Source: Candidatus Omnitrophota bacterium
GTDB lineage: Bacteria; Omnitrophota; Omnitrophia; Omnitrophales; Aquincolibacteriaceae
Reading direction: 5' to 3'
Length of the DNA stretch: 64,000 nt
NCBI GenBank assembly: GCA_043803685.1
Contig: JAZDJU010000005.1
Span: forward strand, 11,579-75,578
Of the stretch, positions 38,426-47,589 are shown piece by piece (position 1 is the first letter of the stretch; each line of letters opens with the position of its first letter). A program made the translations under genes and the position numbers. The notes beneath the pieces are model-generated. The model saw nothing but the letters and a program-made list of their open reading frames with translations, was not told where the DNA came from and ran no database searches.

Positions 38426-40092
38426 ACGAAGATCTTCTGGTTCTTCGCGCGTCCCGTCAGGTTTTGCAATAGACGGAACCAACGAAAGATTAGCGGTTTC
38501 GCGTCAACGAGGTCATATTCCTTCCACAAGGTCGGCGCCATTCCCGCGTTTTGAAGCTCCTGCAGACGCGCCGCGCTTGCGGATCGCGTCATAAAATAAA
38601 GGACTCCTTCCCGGGAGAGTTTATCCTTGGCCGTCGAAAGCCATTCCGGAGGAAGTTCGTACCAGTCGATTATGACGAATCGTGTCTCGAGCTCCTGGTG
38701 TTTTCTGTAGAGGTCCCATCCCTTCGGTTCTGTTCCGAGCGTCGCTTTGTGAATATCGTTCCCGATCCGGACCACGGCGTCCTGCATGCCCCCAAAATGC
38801 GCCGCAAGTTTTGTATAGCTCAGGAAATTGAGGAAAAGCGTGATAGCGATCACGATCGCGAGCAAGGCCCGGAATATTTGGGACTCGGCTTTTCCGGAAA
38901 AGAACCGCTCTTCCCAAAGACGTGCCGAAAAAAAGAGAATGAAAAGGGAAGGGACGTAGGCGAAATTCAGGAAGCGGACGTCTCCCACCGAAGACCCGCT
39001 CGCGAACCCGGCCACGGTCGCGGCGAACCAGATCAGCATCATCCAATAGACCTGAGGAAAAAGGCCGGGGGCGTTCCCGGGAGTGTTTATTTTCTCGAAG
39101 CGGAACATGAGGAATGGCGTGAGCAGGATCGAGAGCCAGAAAAAGGCTCCGAGGATGCCCTTGTAATTCTCCGTGAAGGAACGAGGTTCTTTCTTGCTGA
39201 AAGGTTTCGTAAAGGGGAAGTGTCCTCCGGGGACATAAAATGTTCGCTCGATCATGTTCTTAACGCTGAATCCAAGGGAGGTCTTATCCTTCACGTTCAG
39301 GTCTTCCTGCTTTTGACTGACGTACGGACTGGCCTGGATGGCTTCCTTTGGGATCAGGGATTTGACGGGGATGACAAAAATGAGCGAGGCCGCGAGCATT
39401 CCCAGGACCACCGCGATCCGTTTCCAGGAAGTCCTGGAAAGAATGACTGGAAAACGCCACATCAGAAAGGCCGCGCACACGAAGGGGAGGATCTTTTCGC
39501 TGGATTTCAGTTTGATCGCGAGCCATACGCCCAGAAACCATGCGAGACCATGCAAAAGGAAAGCGCCGCGCGTCATCTTTGTGGAGGTCATACGACAGAA
39601 GCAGAGAAGCGTGGCGATACACAGGACCGAAAGGAACTGCTGGAAATCTCCGGAAAAAGTCGAGGTCAGAGTGTAAAAATTGCTGGGGAAGCTGAGATAC
39701 AGCGCGACGGCGAGCCATCCATAGAGTTGTCTCTTGGTCCAGTGGCTGATCAGGACGAAAATGCAAAGGCAGAACAGCCCATACCCGACCGCGGCAGTGA
39801 GATGAAAGGGGATCAAGGAAGGTCCGAAGTGGTCAATGTAGACCTTCATCCAAAGGAACTGAAGGGGACGAAGGTATTCCATGAGGCCGGCCGGTGGATA
39901 GAACCAGGCCGGCGTGCGTGGGTCTGCGACTCGAAGCAGAAGATCCGTATAGGTGGAGACCGTGGCGCCCCTGAGATTGATGGTGAGATGGTCCGCGTTG
40001 AAATCCGTCGGGAGCCCCACCCAATAAATGGCGATAAACGCGAACGCCAGGAGAAAAACGATGAAACCTTGCCGCCAGATATGTTGAGGCAT
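38365..40092 (-). CDS. Multi-TM membrane protein, probable GT-C glycosyltransferase
   Basis: DFNADH loop after TM1, YLRPL, many TM helices, RFL; 61-bp convergent overlap with the neighbouring gene. Confidence 0.65.
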   Translation of the reverse strand: MPQHIWRQGFIVFLLAFAFIAIYWVGLPTDFNADHLTINLRGATVSTYTDLLLRVADPRTPAWFYPPAGLMEYLRPLQFLWMKVYIDHFGPSLIPFHLTAAVGYGLFCLCIFVLISHWTKRQLYGWLAVALYLSFPSNFYTLTSTFSGDFQQFLSVLCIATLLCFCRMTSTKMTRGAFLLHGLAWFLGVWLAIKLKSSEKILPFVCAAFLMWRFPVILSRTSWKRIAVVLGMLAASLIFVIPVKSLIPKEAIQASPYVSQKQEDLNVKDKTSLGFSVKNMIERTFYVPGGHFPFTKPFSKKEPRSFTENYKGILGAFFWLSILLTPFLMFRFEKINTPGNAPGLFPQVYWMMLIWFAATVAGFASGSSVGDVRFLNFAYVPSLFILFFSARLWEERFFSGKAESQIFRALLAIVIAITLFLNFLSYTKLAAHFGGMQDAVVRIGNDIHKATLGTEPKGWDLYRKHQELETRFVIIDWYELPPEWLSTAKDKLSREGVLYFMTRSASAARLQELQNAGMAPTLWKEYDLVDAKPLIFRWFRLLQNLTGRAKNQKIFVYRIETSAAAGKSPAAAIAS

Positions 40093-40204
40093 GCGCCCTG
40101 TCCCGAGAATGTTCTAGATTGAACGAAGGTCGCCATGATAGCATTGCGCTAGTTTTCTGTAGAGACAAATTTGTGCGATGCTCAAAAAACGATTCAAACC
40201 AATA

Positions 40205-41731
40205 ATGAAAATCACTCTCATATCACCATTCCCAACTCTCGAAGCGATCGGTCTGCGGACTCTTTCCTCCTGCTTGAAGGACGAGGGGCACCGCGTGCAG
40301 ATTCTGTTTTTGAGGAATGAGTTTTGGAAACGTTACGATCCTTCTGTGCTTCGAGAAGCGGCCGAGATAGCCCGAGGCTCCGGACTTGTTGGGATTTCCG
40401 TCATGACGAACTTTTTTGACAATGCGATCGATATTACGGAGCAAATTCGAAAGATTTCTGATGTCCCGGTTCTCTGGGGAGGCATCCATCCGACCATTCG
40501 TCCCGAGGAAAGTTTGGCCTATGCCGACATGGTCTGTTTTGGGGAAGGGGAGAATCCTCTGGTCGAACTGGCCCGAAAGATAGCGCATGGGCAGGACTAT
40601 CGTGATACGCGGGGGCTGTGGTTTCGGACTCGCGATGCGATCATAAGAAATCCATTGCACTCAATTCGAGCAGATCTTGATTCCCTTCCGTTTCCCGATC
40701 TGGATTTTAAAGATCATTTTGTTTTGGATAAGAAGAGCATTAAGCCGATGGACCTTCTGTTAACCGAGAAGTATTTGGGCCGGGAGGATCGTGATTATAT
40801 GATCCTGGCGTCGCGCGGATGTCCGTTTGGCTGCACCTATTGCGCGAACAATACGCTGCATGGTATCGATAAAGACTACCGAGTCGTTCGGAAAAGAAGC
40901 CCGGAGAATCTTATCCGTGAATTGATCGCAGCGAAAACGAAGCTTCCTTATATCCAAAGCGTAAAATTTTCGGATGACGCATTTTTCACCTATTCGGAAA
41001 AGGAGATCATGCGTTTTTGCGAGAGTTACAAAAAAGACGTCAAGCTACCGCTGCGGATCAAGGGGATACACCCCTCGACTTGCAGCCGGTCCAAATTGCA
41101 GATGGTTGTCGATGCAGGCTGCGATGCCGTGCGTATGGGGGTTGAAACGTGCGCGGAGAGGACCAAGAGCCTCTACAAAAGACATTATTCAAACGACGTG
41201 ATCATCCGTGCTGTGAATGTTATCAATGAATTCCGCGATCGTATCCGTGATGTTCAATACGATGTCATTCTCGATAACCCATGGGAAAATGAGGAGGATC
41301 TGATCGAAACCCTGCTCTTTGTCGCAAAGTTCAAGCCGCCGTATTATCTTGCGCTTTTTTCCTTAACCTTTTATCCGGAGACCGAATTGTATCGTAAGGC
41401 AAAAAAGGAAGGATTGATCAAGGATGATTTGAATGATGTTTACCGGAAGTTTTATCGCACAACTCGAAATACATACATTAACCGTGTTTTTCATTTATTG
41501 AATCAATACGCGCTTAGGCGGCAACGGTTGTTCCCATGGCTGGTCTCGATTCTTGTGTCGCGTTTGTGGCGGCGGATCGGGGTCAGCTATCTGCTGTATT
41601 TTATCCTGCTGACGGAAATTAAATTGAATCGTATGGTTCGTTTACTTGTAAGAGATGTGGGTGCGGTCGCGAGAGGTGATTTCAATTACCTGAAAAAGGG
41701 TCTGAGGCGAACCCTTGAATTTTTTCGCTAA
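40205..41731 (+). CDS. B12-binding radical SAM protein
   Basis: WGGIHPT, GEGE, SRGCPFGCTYC, FSDDAF, MGVE, FYPET; alternative start 40178. Confidence 0.9.
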   Translation: MKITLISPFPTLEAIGLRTLSSCLKDEGHRVQILFLRNEFWKRYDPSVLREAAEIARGSGLVGISVMTNFFDNAIDITEQIRKISDVPVLWGGIHPTIRPEESLAYADMVCFGEGENPLVELARKIAHGQDYRDTRGLWFRTRDAIIRNPLHSIRADLDSLPFPDLDFKDHFVLDKKSIKPMDLLLTEKYLGREDRDYMILASRGCPFGCTYCANNTLHGIDKDYRVVRKRSPENLIRELIAAKTKLPYIQSVKFSDDAFFTYSEKEIMRFCESYKKDVKLPLRIKGIHPSTCSRSKLQMVVDAGCDAVRMGVETCAERTKSLYKRHYSNDVIIRAVNVINEFRDRIRDVQYDVILDNPWENEEDLIETLLFVAKFKPPYYLALFSLTFYPETELYRKAKKEGLIKDDLNDVYRKFYRTTRNTYINRVFHLLNQYALRRQRLFPWLVSILVSRLWRRIGVSYLLYFILLTEIKLNRMVRLLVRDVGAVARGDFNYLKKGLRRTLEFFR

Positions 41732-41751
41732 AACCTCATCTATTTTTCATT

Positions 41752-42735
41752 ATGACTAAAAAATATGATCAAGTGATTATCAATATTGCGACTCCCAAGG
41801 ACGACGACGAGCTTTTGGCGTTCCTTCGGGGATCCTACCCGACGCTAGGTTGGTCCGAGGATGTTTTTCGTTGGCAATATTACGAGAATCCTTCCGGGCC
41901 GATCCATCATTGGGTGGGGCGCGCAAACGGCAGGATTGTCGCGAGTTTTGCCGTTGCCCCGCATCCCATGCGCGTTTTTCAGCATCCAAAGATCGGCTGG
42001 CGGCCTCAGGATCTTTTGATCTCCCCGGAATATCGCGGGTTGGGTCTTTATCCGGCTCTCACGCAGAAGCTCAACGCATTCCTTGATAACCCGGAGTACC
42101 CTCTTAATTTTACTTTTCCAAATCCCAACTCTCATCGCGGGTTCGTTAAGTCAGGGTGGAAGCTCGCGTTTCCGTTCCCGCTGTGGACTATCGATCGTTT
42201 GGCCGATGTTCCGGACGTCCCGGTCAATATCCAGGCAACACGGATCGAGGTTTTTGACATCGCCACGGATCGGATCTGGGGACAATATTCGAAGGGTTTG
42301 GACCTTATGATCGAACGGTCCGCCCGTCATATGAATTGGCGTTATTTTTCAAACCCGAAATCAAAGTATTCCGTCTTCAAACTTTCTCTTGGAGCGGATG
42401 AGGGAGTGATCGTCCTTAAATATTATGACCGCGAGGACGGGACCCGGTGGTGCCACATTTGTGACCTTTTTTGTGCCACCGGAACTACGGAATTGTTCGA
42501 GGGCGCGCTCCGCTATGCTATCGGGTCCGCGAAGGAGCATGATTGCAATGCTTTGAGCGTCTGGTATGCGGCAAAGCCGGGAACGGAACCGCTGTTCGCC
42601 CGGAACCATTTTTTATTTCAGAAGGACCTTGATCGCTGGGTCGCTCTCTATGTGCATGAGGACCAGATCCCGGGAAAAACATATTGTTCGGAGCCCCGAT
42701 GGCACTTGACCATGGGGGATAGCGACGTTTATTGA
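41752..42735 (+). CDS. GNAT-family acyltransferase-like protein
   Basis: WQYYENP, ISPEYRGLGLY (motif A), FPN, WRY..NP, GDSD C-terminus. Confidence 0.7.
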   Translation: MTKKYDQVIINIATPKDDDELLAFLRGSYPTLGWSEDVFRWQYYENPSGPIHHWVGRANGRIVASFAVAPHPMRVFQHPKIGWRPQDLLISPEYRGLGLYPALTQKLNAFLDNPEYPLNFTFPNPNSHRGFVKSGWKLAFPFPLWTIDRLADVPDVPVNIQATRIEVFDIATDRIWGQYSKGLDLMIERSARHMNWRYFSNPKSKYSVFKLSLGADEGVIVLKYYDREDGTRWCHICDLFCATGTTELFEGALRYAIGSAKEHDCNALSVWYAAKPGTEPLFARNHFLFQKDLDRWVALYVHEDQIPGKTYCSEPRWHLTMGDSDVY

Positions 42736-42767
42736 CCCTGTTCCCGAAAGCATGAGGATGAAATACC

Positions 42768-43532
42768 ATGACGACTTGTGATTTCAGTTTTGCGCATTAC
42801 CGGCGTATCCTTCAAACAGCCATTAAAAGCGGCTACAAGTTCATTCGATTCGACGAATTGCGCGATCTGCCGCGCGGGCAAAAGGCGTGCGTTTTGCGAC
42901 ACGATGTCGATTATCTTCCCGAGCACGCGCCGTTTTTGAGCGAGATCGAGCTCAGTTTGGGGATCCGGGCCACTTACTTTTTTCAGATCTGCGCGCGGAC
43001 CTACAACCTTCGTGAAGCCATGAATTACCGGATCGTTCGGGATCTGAAGAGGGCGGGGCATACAATAGGCCTGCATTTTGACATGACCTGGGATGCTGAT
43101 GCAAAATGGGATGAATTTCCGAAGATCTGCCGCCGGGAGCAAGTCCTTTTCGAGAAGATCACGGGGGTCCGTCCCTGTAAGATCGTTTCCCACCACAATC
43201 CCCATCGTTTTACCGCCCAGGTCCTGAATTCCGTCACGCCCGGGATGCGTCACACCTACGAGCCTCAGTTTTTCAGCAAGATCAAATATCTTTCGGACAG
43301 CCAGGGGTGGTACGAGGGGTGCATGTGCAAGATATTTGCTGCGGCAAAGTATCCCCGTATCCAGCTGTGCACGCATCCTTATATCTGGTCGAAAAAGCCC
43401 CAGAAGGATTTCATCGGGGACATGACCCGGTTGATCAGGCGGCGTTCGGATGAGCTGCTGGAATATTGCATTACCTACCATCCCGTCTGCAAAAAGAACG
43501 AAGCTCGTTTGCGGCGGGAAGTTCAGCGCTGA
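42768..43532 (+). CDS. Polysaccharide-deacetylase-like protein (WbmS-like)
   Basis: LRHDVD, ATYFF, GHTIGLH, SHHNP, YLSDS, HPYIW. Confidence 0.7.
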   Translation: MTTCDFSFAHYRRILQTAIKSGYKFIRFDELRDLPRGQKACVLRHDVDYLPEHAPFLSEIELSLGIRATYFFQICARTYNLREAMNYRIVRDLKRAGHTIGLHFDMTWDADAKWDEFPKICRREQVLFEKITGVRPCKIVSHHNPHRFTAQVLNSVTPGMRHTYEPQFFSKIKYLSDSQGWYEGCMCKIFAAAKYPRIQLCTHPYIWSKKPQKDFIGDMTRLIRRRSDELLEYCITYHPVCKKNEARLRREVQR

Positions 43533-43589
43533 AGTGTCTGGCCGGGCGTGGGCGTCGTCTTTTGAGGAGAGGATAGCGTTTGAACTGCA

Positions 43590-43619
43590 TTGACGTTTAT
43601 TGACGGATAATGATACCAT
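43590..43619 (+). promoter_or_regulatory. Putative promoter directly upstream of pseC
   Basis: TTGACG-N18-TACCAT with TG extension; ATG at 43628; tandem ATTGACG repeat. Confidence 0.4.
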
Positions 43620-43627
43620 CCATCTCT

Positions 43628-44782
43628 ATGAAAAGCATACCGTATTGTCGCCAATCTCTGGATGAATCGGACTTTAAGTCGGTCGCAAAGGCCCTTGGTT
43701 CAGATTATTTAACCCAGGGTCCCAAGGTCCGGGAATTTGAAGAGGCTCTGGCTGCGTATTGCGGTGCCCGCTATGCGGTTGCCGTTTCCAATGGTACCGC
43801 CGCGCTTCATTTGGCCGCCATCGCCGCGGGGCTTGGAAAAGGCGATGAGGCGATCACGAGTCCGATCACTTTCCTTGCGACCCCCAATGCCGCGCTTTAT
43901 GTTGGAGCCAAGCCTGTATTCGCGGACATTGACTATTCGACCGTGAATATCGATCCAAAGGCCATTGAGGCAAAGCTCACTCGTAGAACAAAAGCCATCT
44001 TGCCCGTGGACATGGCTGGACTTCCCGCCGATATGGAGGCCATCTCAAAGATCGCAAAGCGACAGGGTCTCATGGTGATCGAGGACGCTTGCCATGCTTT
44101 GGGAGGCGAGTACAAAAAGGGGAAAGTCGGATCTTGCGCGTATTCAGATATGACCGTGTTCAGTTTCCATCCCGCAAAGCACATTACGACCGGGGAGGGT
44201 GGTTGCATTACGACCCATAGCAAGAAACTGTATGAGAAATTGTGTTCCCTGAGGAGTCACGGTGTCGCCCGGAAGGCCTCAACGCAGAGAAAAATGGGCG
44301 GTTGGTATTACGAAATGTCGGAGCTCGGCTGGAATTACCGTATCACGGACATCCAGTGCGCGTTGGGAATGTCTCAGCTTCGCAAACTCGACGGTTTTAT
44401 CGATCGTCGCCGGAAGATCGCGAAAATGTATGACGCTGGTTTTGCAGATATGCCGGAACTAAGGGTTCCGTCACAAGAATCTCGCGGCGAAAAACATGTT
44501 TATCATCTATATCTTTTGCGAATGTCGGAGTGCCATGCCGGGACGCGGCGTTCCCTCTATGATCATTTAAAGTCGAAAAACGTTCATTGCCAGGTTCACT
44601 ATATTCCCGTTTACAGACAGCCTTACTACCGGAAAATGTTCGGCGATCTCAGCGCCTCCTGTCCGAATGCCGAACGCTACTATGGAGAGACTCTAAGTCT
44701 TCCCATGTTTTTTGGATTAAAAGACGCCGAAGCAAGATATGTGATCCGGACCGTTCGTGAGTTTTTCAAGGGGAAAGCTTGA
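43628..44782 (+). CDS. pseC: UDP-4-amino-4,6-dideoxy-N-acetyl-beta-L-altrosamine transaminase
   Basis: IPYCRQ, LTQGP, SNGTAALH, EDACHALG, FSFHPAKHITTGEGG, NYRITDIQCALG, VHYIP. Confidence 0.9.
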   Translation: MKSIPYCRQSLDESDFKSVAKALGSDYLTQGPKVREFEEALAAYCGARYAVAVSNGTAALHLAAIAAGLGKGDEAITSPITFLATPNAALYVGAKPVFADIDYSTVNIDPKAIEAKLTRRTKAILPVDMAGLPADMEAISKIAKRQGLMVIEDACHALGGEYKKGKVGSCAYSDMTVFSFHPAKHITTGEGGCITTHSKKLYEKLCSLRSHGVARKASTQRKMGGWYYEMSELGWNYRITDIQCALGMSQLRKLDGFIDRRRKIAKMYDAGFADMPELRVPSQESRGEKHVYHLYLLRMSECHAGTRRSLYDHLKSKNVHCQVHYIPVYRQPYYRKMFGDLSASCPNAERYYGETLSLPMFFGLKDAEARYVIRTVREFFKGKA

Positions 44783-45816
44783 TCGTGAGAAAGGTCGTGT
44801 TCCGAGCGGATGCCAGCGATCAGGTCGGCGCCGGGCATTTGATGCGTTCGGTCGCATTAGCTCAATATCTTCACAGCGTTGGGATCGAGGTTCTTTTCTT
44901 TACAGCCTCGATCGACACCAAGATCCGCCAATATCTGGGGCGGCAGGGATTCCGGACCGAAGACCTCGACCTTCCTGTGGGGGAGTGCGGCACAGAGCTT
45001 GATCTTAGAAAAATGCTGACGCTATTGCCGAGTGATGCGGACTGGGTGATACTCGACAACGATTACTTTGGGTACAGTTACCAGAAGGCGATCCGGCAAA
45101 GCGGATCTTCGCTTCTCGTGATTGATGATCGCAATGAACGCCAGTTCGACGCGGATCTGCTCGTCAATCACGCGCTTGACGCGGAGGGTTTAAGATACGA
45201 TCTGCCTTTGGGAAAAACGCTTCTCGGGTCTTCTTTTGCCATGATCCGGCAAGAATTCATTCGCTATCCTTCGCGTCGCAAAAAAGGAGTGAAGAATCTT
45301 CTCGTCACATTAGGCGGCAGCATTCAGTCTGAGACCGGTAAAAAGATCATGGCCGCAGTCCAGGGCCTTTCATTTGACGTGAGGGTCCTCGGAGGATTTT
45401 CCGAGGAACGACAGATATCCCAAACGGGGACGGGAAGGATCGAATGGATCCCGGCGACTCTGGAAGTAGCGCCGCATTATGATTGGGCGGACCTTGCGAT
45501 CTGTGCCGGGGGGGGGACTTGCTGGGAGTTGTGCTTTTTCGGGATCGTGGGGATAGCCGGGGCTTTGGCCCCGCACCAGTTGTCTGTTGTTGGATCCTTG
45601 GAGCGCTACGGTCTTTTTCACGCGGTGGGTTCTTATGAAAAGGTTACGGCCGCCGGGATCGCCAAAGCGTTAGTGGATCTTGCGGGCGATCCGGGACGGC
45701 TTGAAGCACGGAGAGAAAAAGCGAAGGAACTGGTGGACGGAAAAGGGACTCAGCGGATCTGTGACGCTATGAGAGCGATCACTACCGCGCGCGGCAAAAC
45801 ACAAGATCTGTCATAA
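44779..45816 (+). CDS. pseG: UDP-2,4-diacylamido-2,4,6-trideoxy-altrose hydrolase
   Basis: FRADAS..VGAGHLMRS, LVIDD, LVTLGGS, ADLAICAGGGT, VDGKG; no fused GNAT. Confidence 0.85.
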   Translation: MIVRKVVFRADASDQVGAGHLMRSVALAQYLHSVGIEVLFFTASIDTKIRQYLGRQGFRTEDLDLPVGECGTELDLRKMLTLLPSDADWVILDNDYFGYSYQKAIRQSGSSLLVIDDRNERQFDADLLVNHALDAEGLRYDLPLGKTLLGSSFAMIRQEFIRYPSRRKKGVKNLLVTLGGSIQSETGKKIMAAVQGLSFDVRVLGGFSEERQISQTGTGRIEWIPATLEVAPHYDWADLAICAGGGTCWELCFFGIVGIAGALAPHQLSVVGSLERYGLFHAVGSYEKVTAAGIAKALVDLAGDPGRLEARREKAKELVDGKGTQRICDAMRAITTARGKTQDLS

Positions 45817-45840
45817 CGTTAATCTACACAGGGAGAGAAC

Positions 45841-46485
45841 ATGGCTACGGGAAAAACAGAACAGATGGCGCAATGGCAAGGTGACTTTGGCAAACAATAT
45901 ACGGATCGGAATACCATGCCCTATGAGGAGTTCGAGAACTTCTATGTCAAACGGTTCGGTCTCACCCGGACTGCCATCAACCAAGGTTTCCTGGGTTCGA
46001 TGGATCGCAATATTCGCATTCTGGAAGTGGGCGCCAATACCGGGAGTCAGCTTGCCTGTCTTCAAAGGATGGGGTTTACGAACCTCTACGGGATCGAGCT
46101 TCAACAGGGTGCGGTTGAAAAAGCGCATGAACTGACGCGGGGTATTCAGCTCATCCAGGGGACGGCGTTTGATATTCCGTTTAAAGACGGTTTTTTTGAT
46201 CTTGTTTTTACCTCGGGGGTCTTGATCCATATTGCTCCCGCGGATCTTCCGAATGCTTTGAAAGAGATCTGCCGGTGTTCCCGCGATCTGATCTGGGGAT
46301 TCGAGTACTGGGCCAAGGAAATGACGGAAGTTAAATACCGGGGACATAACTCGCTTCTTTGGAAGGGAGACTACGCGGCGGAGTACCGTAAAGTCTGCAA
46401 AGGGCTTGCGCTAGTCAAGGAAGAGAAATTCCGTTATTTGGAAGAGCCGCTAGATGACTCGATGTTCCTGCTCAAAAAAGGCTGA
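45841..46485 (+). CDS. Pseudaminic-acid-associated class I methyltransferase
   Basis: WQGDFGKQYTDRN, LEVGANTG, DLVFTSGVLIHI, YRGH..LWKGDY. Confidence 0.85.
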   Translation: MATGKTEQMAQWQGDFGKQYTDRNTMPYEEFENFYVKRFGLTRTAINQGFLGSMDRNIRILEVGANTGSQLACLQRMGFTNLYGIELQQGAVEKAHELTRGIQLIQGTAFDIPFKDGFFDLVFTSGVLIHIAPADLPNALKEICRCSRDLIWGFEYWAKEMTEVKYRGHNSLLWKGDYAAEYRKVCKGLALVKEEKFRYLEEPLDDSMFLLKKG

Positions 46486-46488
46486 TCC

Positions 46489-47229
46489 GTGAAGACCGTC
46501 GCGATCATTCAAGCGAGAATGGGATCTTCGAGGCTTCCCGGAAAGTCGCTTTTGCCGCTCCACGGAAAACCGGTGCTTGCCCATGCCCTCGCTCGCCTCA
46601 AGCGATGCCGTATGATCGACCATATCATTGTAGCCACGACGACGGAGGAGCGTGACCGGGTACTGCTCGACCTTGCCCGCAAAGAAGGGGTGGAAGGCTT
46701 TGCCGGCAGTGAAAGTGATGTGCTCGACCGCTATTATCAGGCCGCGCGTTCTCACACTCCCGACCATGTTATTCGTTGCACCGGCGACTGTCCTATCCTG
46801 GATCCCAAGGTCACGGATGATGTTGTCCAGAGGCATTTGGAAGAGCGGAACGATTACACCAGTAATACGATCCGTCGGACCTACCCGCGCGGTTACGATA
46901 CAGAGGTGATGACCTTCGCGTCTTTGGAGCGAGCGGCCCGAGAGGCTCGGGCGGATTATGAGAGGGAACATGTCACTCCGTATATCTGGGAGCATCCGGC
47001 ATTGTTCAAGCTCGGGCACGTGCTTGCAAGTCCCGACCGTACGCAACCCGATCTTCGAGTGACTGTGGATACGCAAGAGGACTTTGATCTGATCGAGAGT
47101 ATCTTTGATGCGCTTTATCCGACGGATCCTCTTTTTGGTGTTGATGCCGTAATGGAGCTTATCCGGAAACAGCCCGAGCTTAAGTCGATCAATGCTCACA
47201 TTGAGCAGAAGAAGCTACCCCAGAAATGA
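46489..47229 (+). CDS. SpsF-type cytidylyltransferase (probable CMP-nonulosonate synthetase)
   Basis: IIQARMGSSRLPGK, GSESDVLDRY, RCTGDCP, REHVTPYI, RVTVDTQED. Confidence 0.85.
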   Translation: MKTVAIIQARMGSSRLPGKSLLPLHGKPVLAHALARLKRCRMIDHIIVATTTEERDRVLLDLARKEGVEGFAGSESDVLDRYYQAARSHTPDHVIRCTGDCPILDPKVTDDVVQRHLEERNDYTSNTIRRTYPRGYDTEVMTFASLERAAREARADYEREHVTPYIWEHPALFKLGHVLASPDRTQPDLRVTVDTQEDFDLIESIFDALYPTDPLFGVDAVMELIRKQPELKSINAHIEQKKLPQK

Positions 47230-47287
47230 TGGGGTGGGGCTTCAAAAATGTTCTATTTTGACATGATGTGACTACTAGAAAATATGT

Positions 47288-47316
47288 TTGACTTCTATCC
47301 TAATTCGCTATAGCTT
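47288..47316 (+). promoter_or_regulatory. Putative promoter for a leaderless HTH transcript
   Basis: TTGACT-N17-TAGCTT; ATG at 47324; a second TTGACA at 47258. Confidence 0.45.
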
Positions 47317-47323
47317 GATGTCT

Positions 47324-47575
47324 ATGAAAAAAAGAGAGCCTATGGAAATCAGAGAAAATGAGGTTTACACGACCTCCGAAGTACAAGCGATCCTGAAGAT
47401 CAGCCAGAGCACGGCCATGCGTATGCTGAAAAAGGGGCTTATTCGTGCGGCCAAGATCGGCAAACAATACCGCATCACGGGGAAAGAGCTTCTGCGGCTG
47501 ATCTCTCCCGAATTGGAAGATAAGGTCGGCAAGGTCTACAACAAGGGCCGGAACTGGGTCCACAAGGACATCTAA
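47324..47575 (+). CDS. Excisionase-like (HTH_17) DNA-binding protein
   Basis: YTTSEVQAILKIS..T...LKKGLIRAAKIGKQYRI; alternative start 47342. Confidence 0.8.
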   Translation: MKKREPMEIRENEVYTTSEVQAILKISQSTAMRMLKKGLIRAAKIGKQYRITGKELLRLISPELEDKVGKVYNKGRNWVHKDI

Positions 47576-47589
47576 AGGAGCATGGGCGG

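Noticed and set aside
38551..40122. 523-aa plus-strand ORF antisense to the membrane protein gene
   Set aside because: Charged, motif-free translation typical of the antisense shadow of a hydrophobic gene; the minus-strand ORF has coherent TM architecture
47324..47575. Prophage or ICE suggested by the excisionase-like HTH
   Set aside because: No integrase, att-like repeats, phage or conjugation genes in the window
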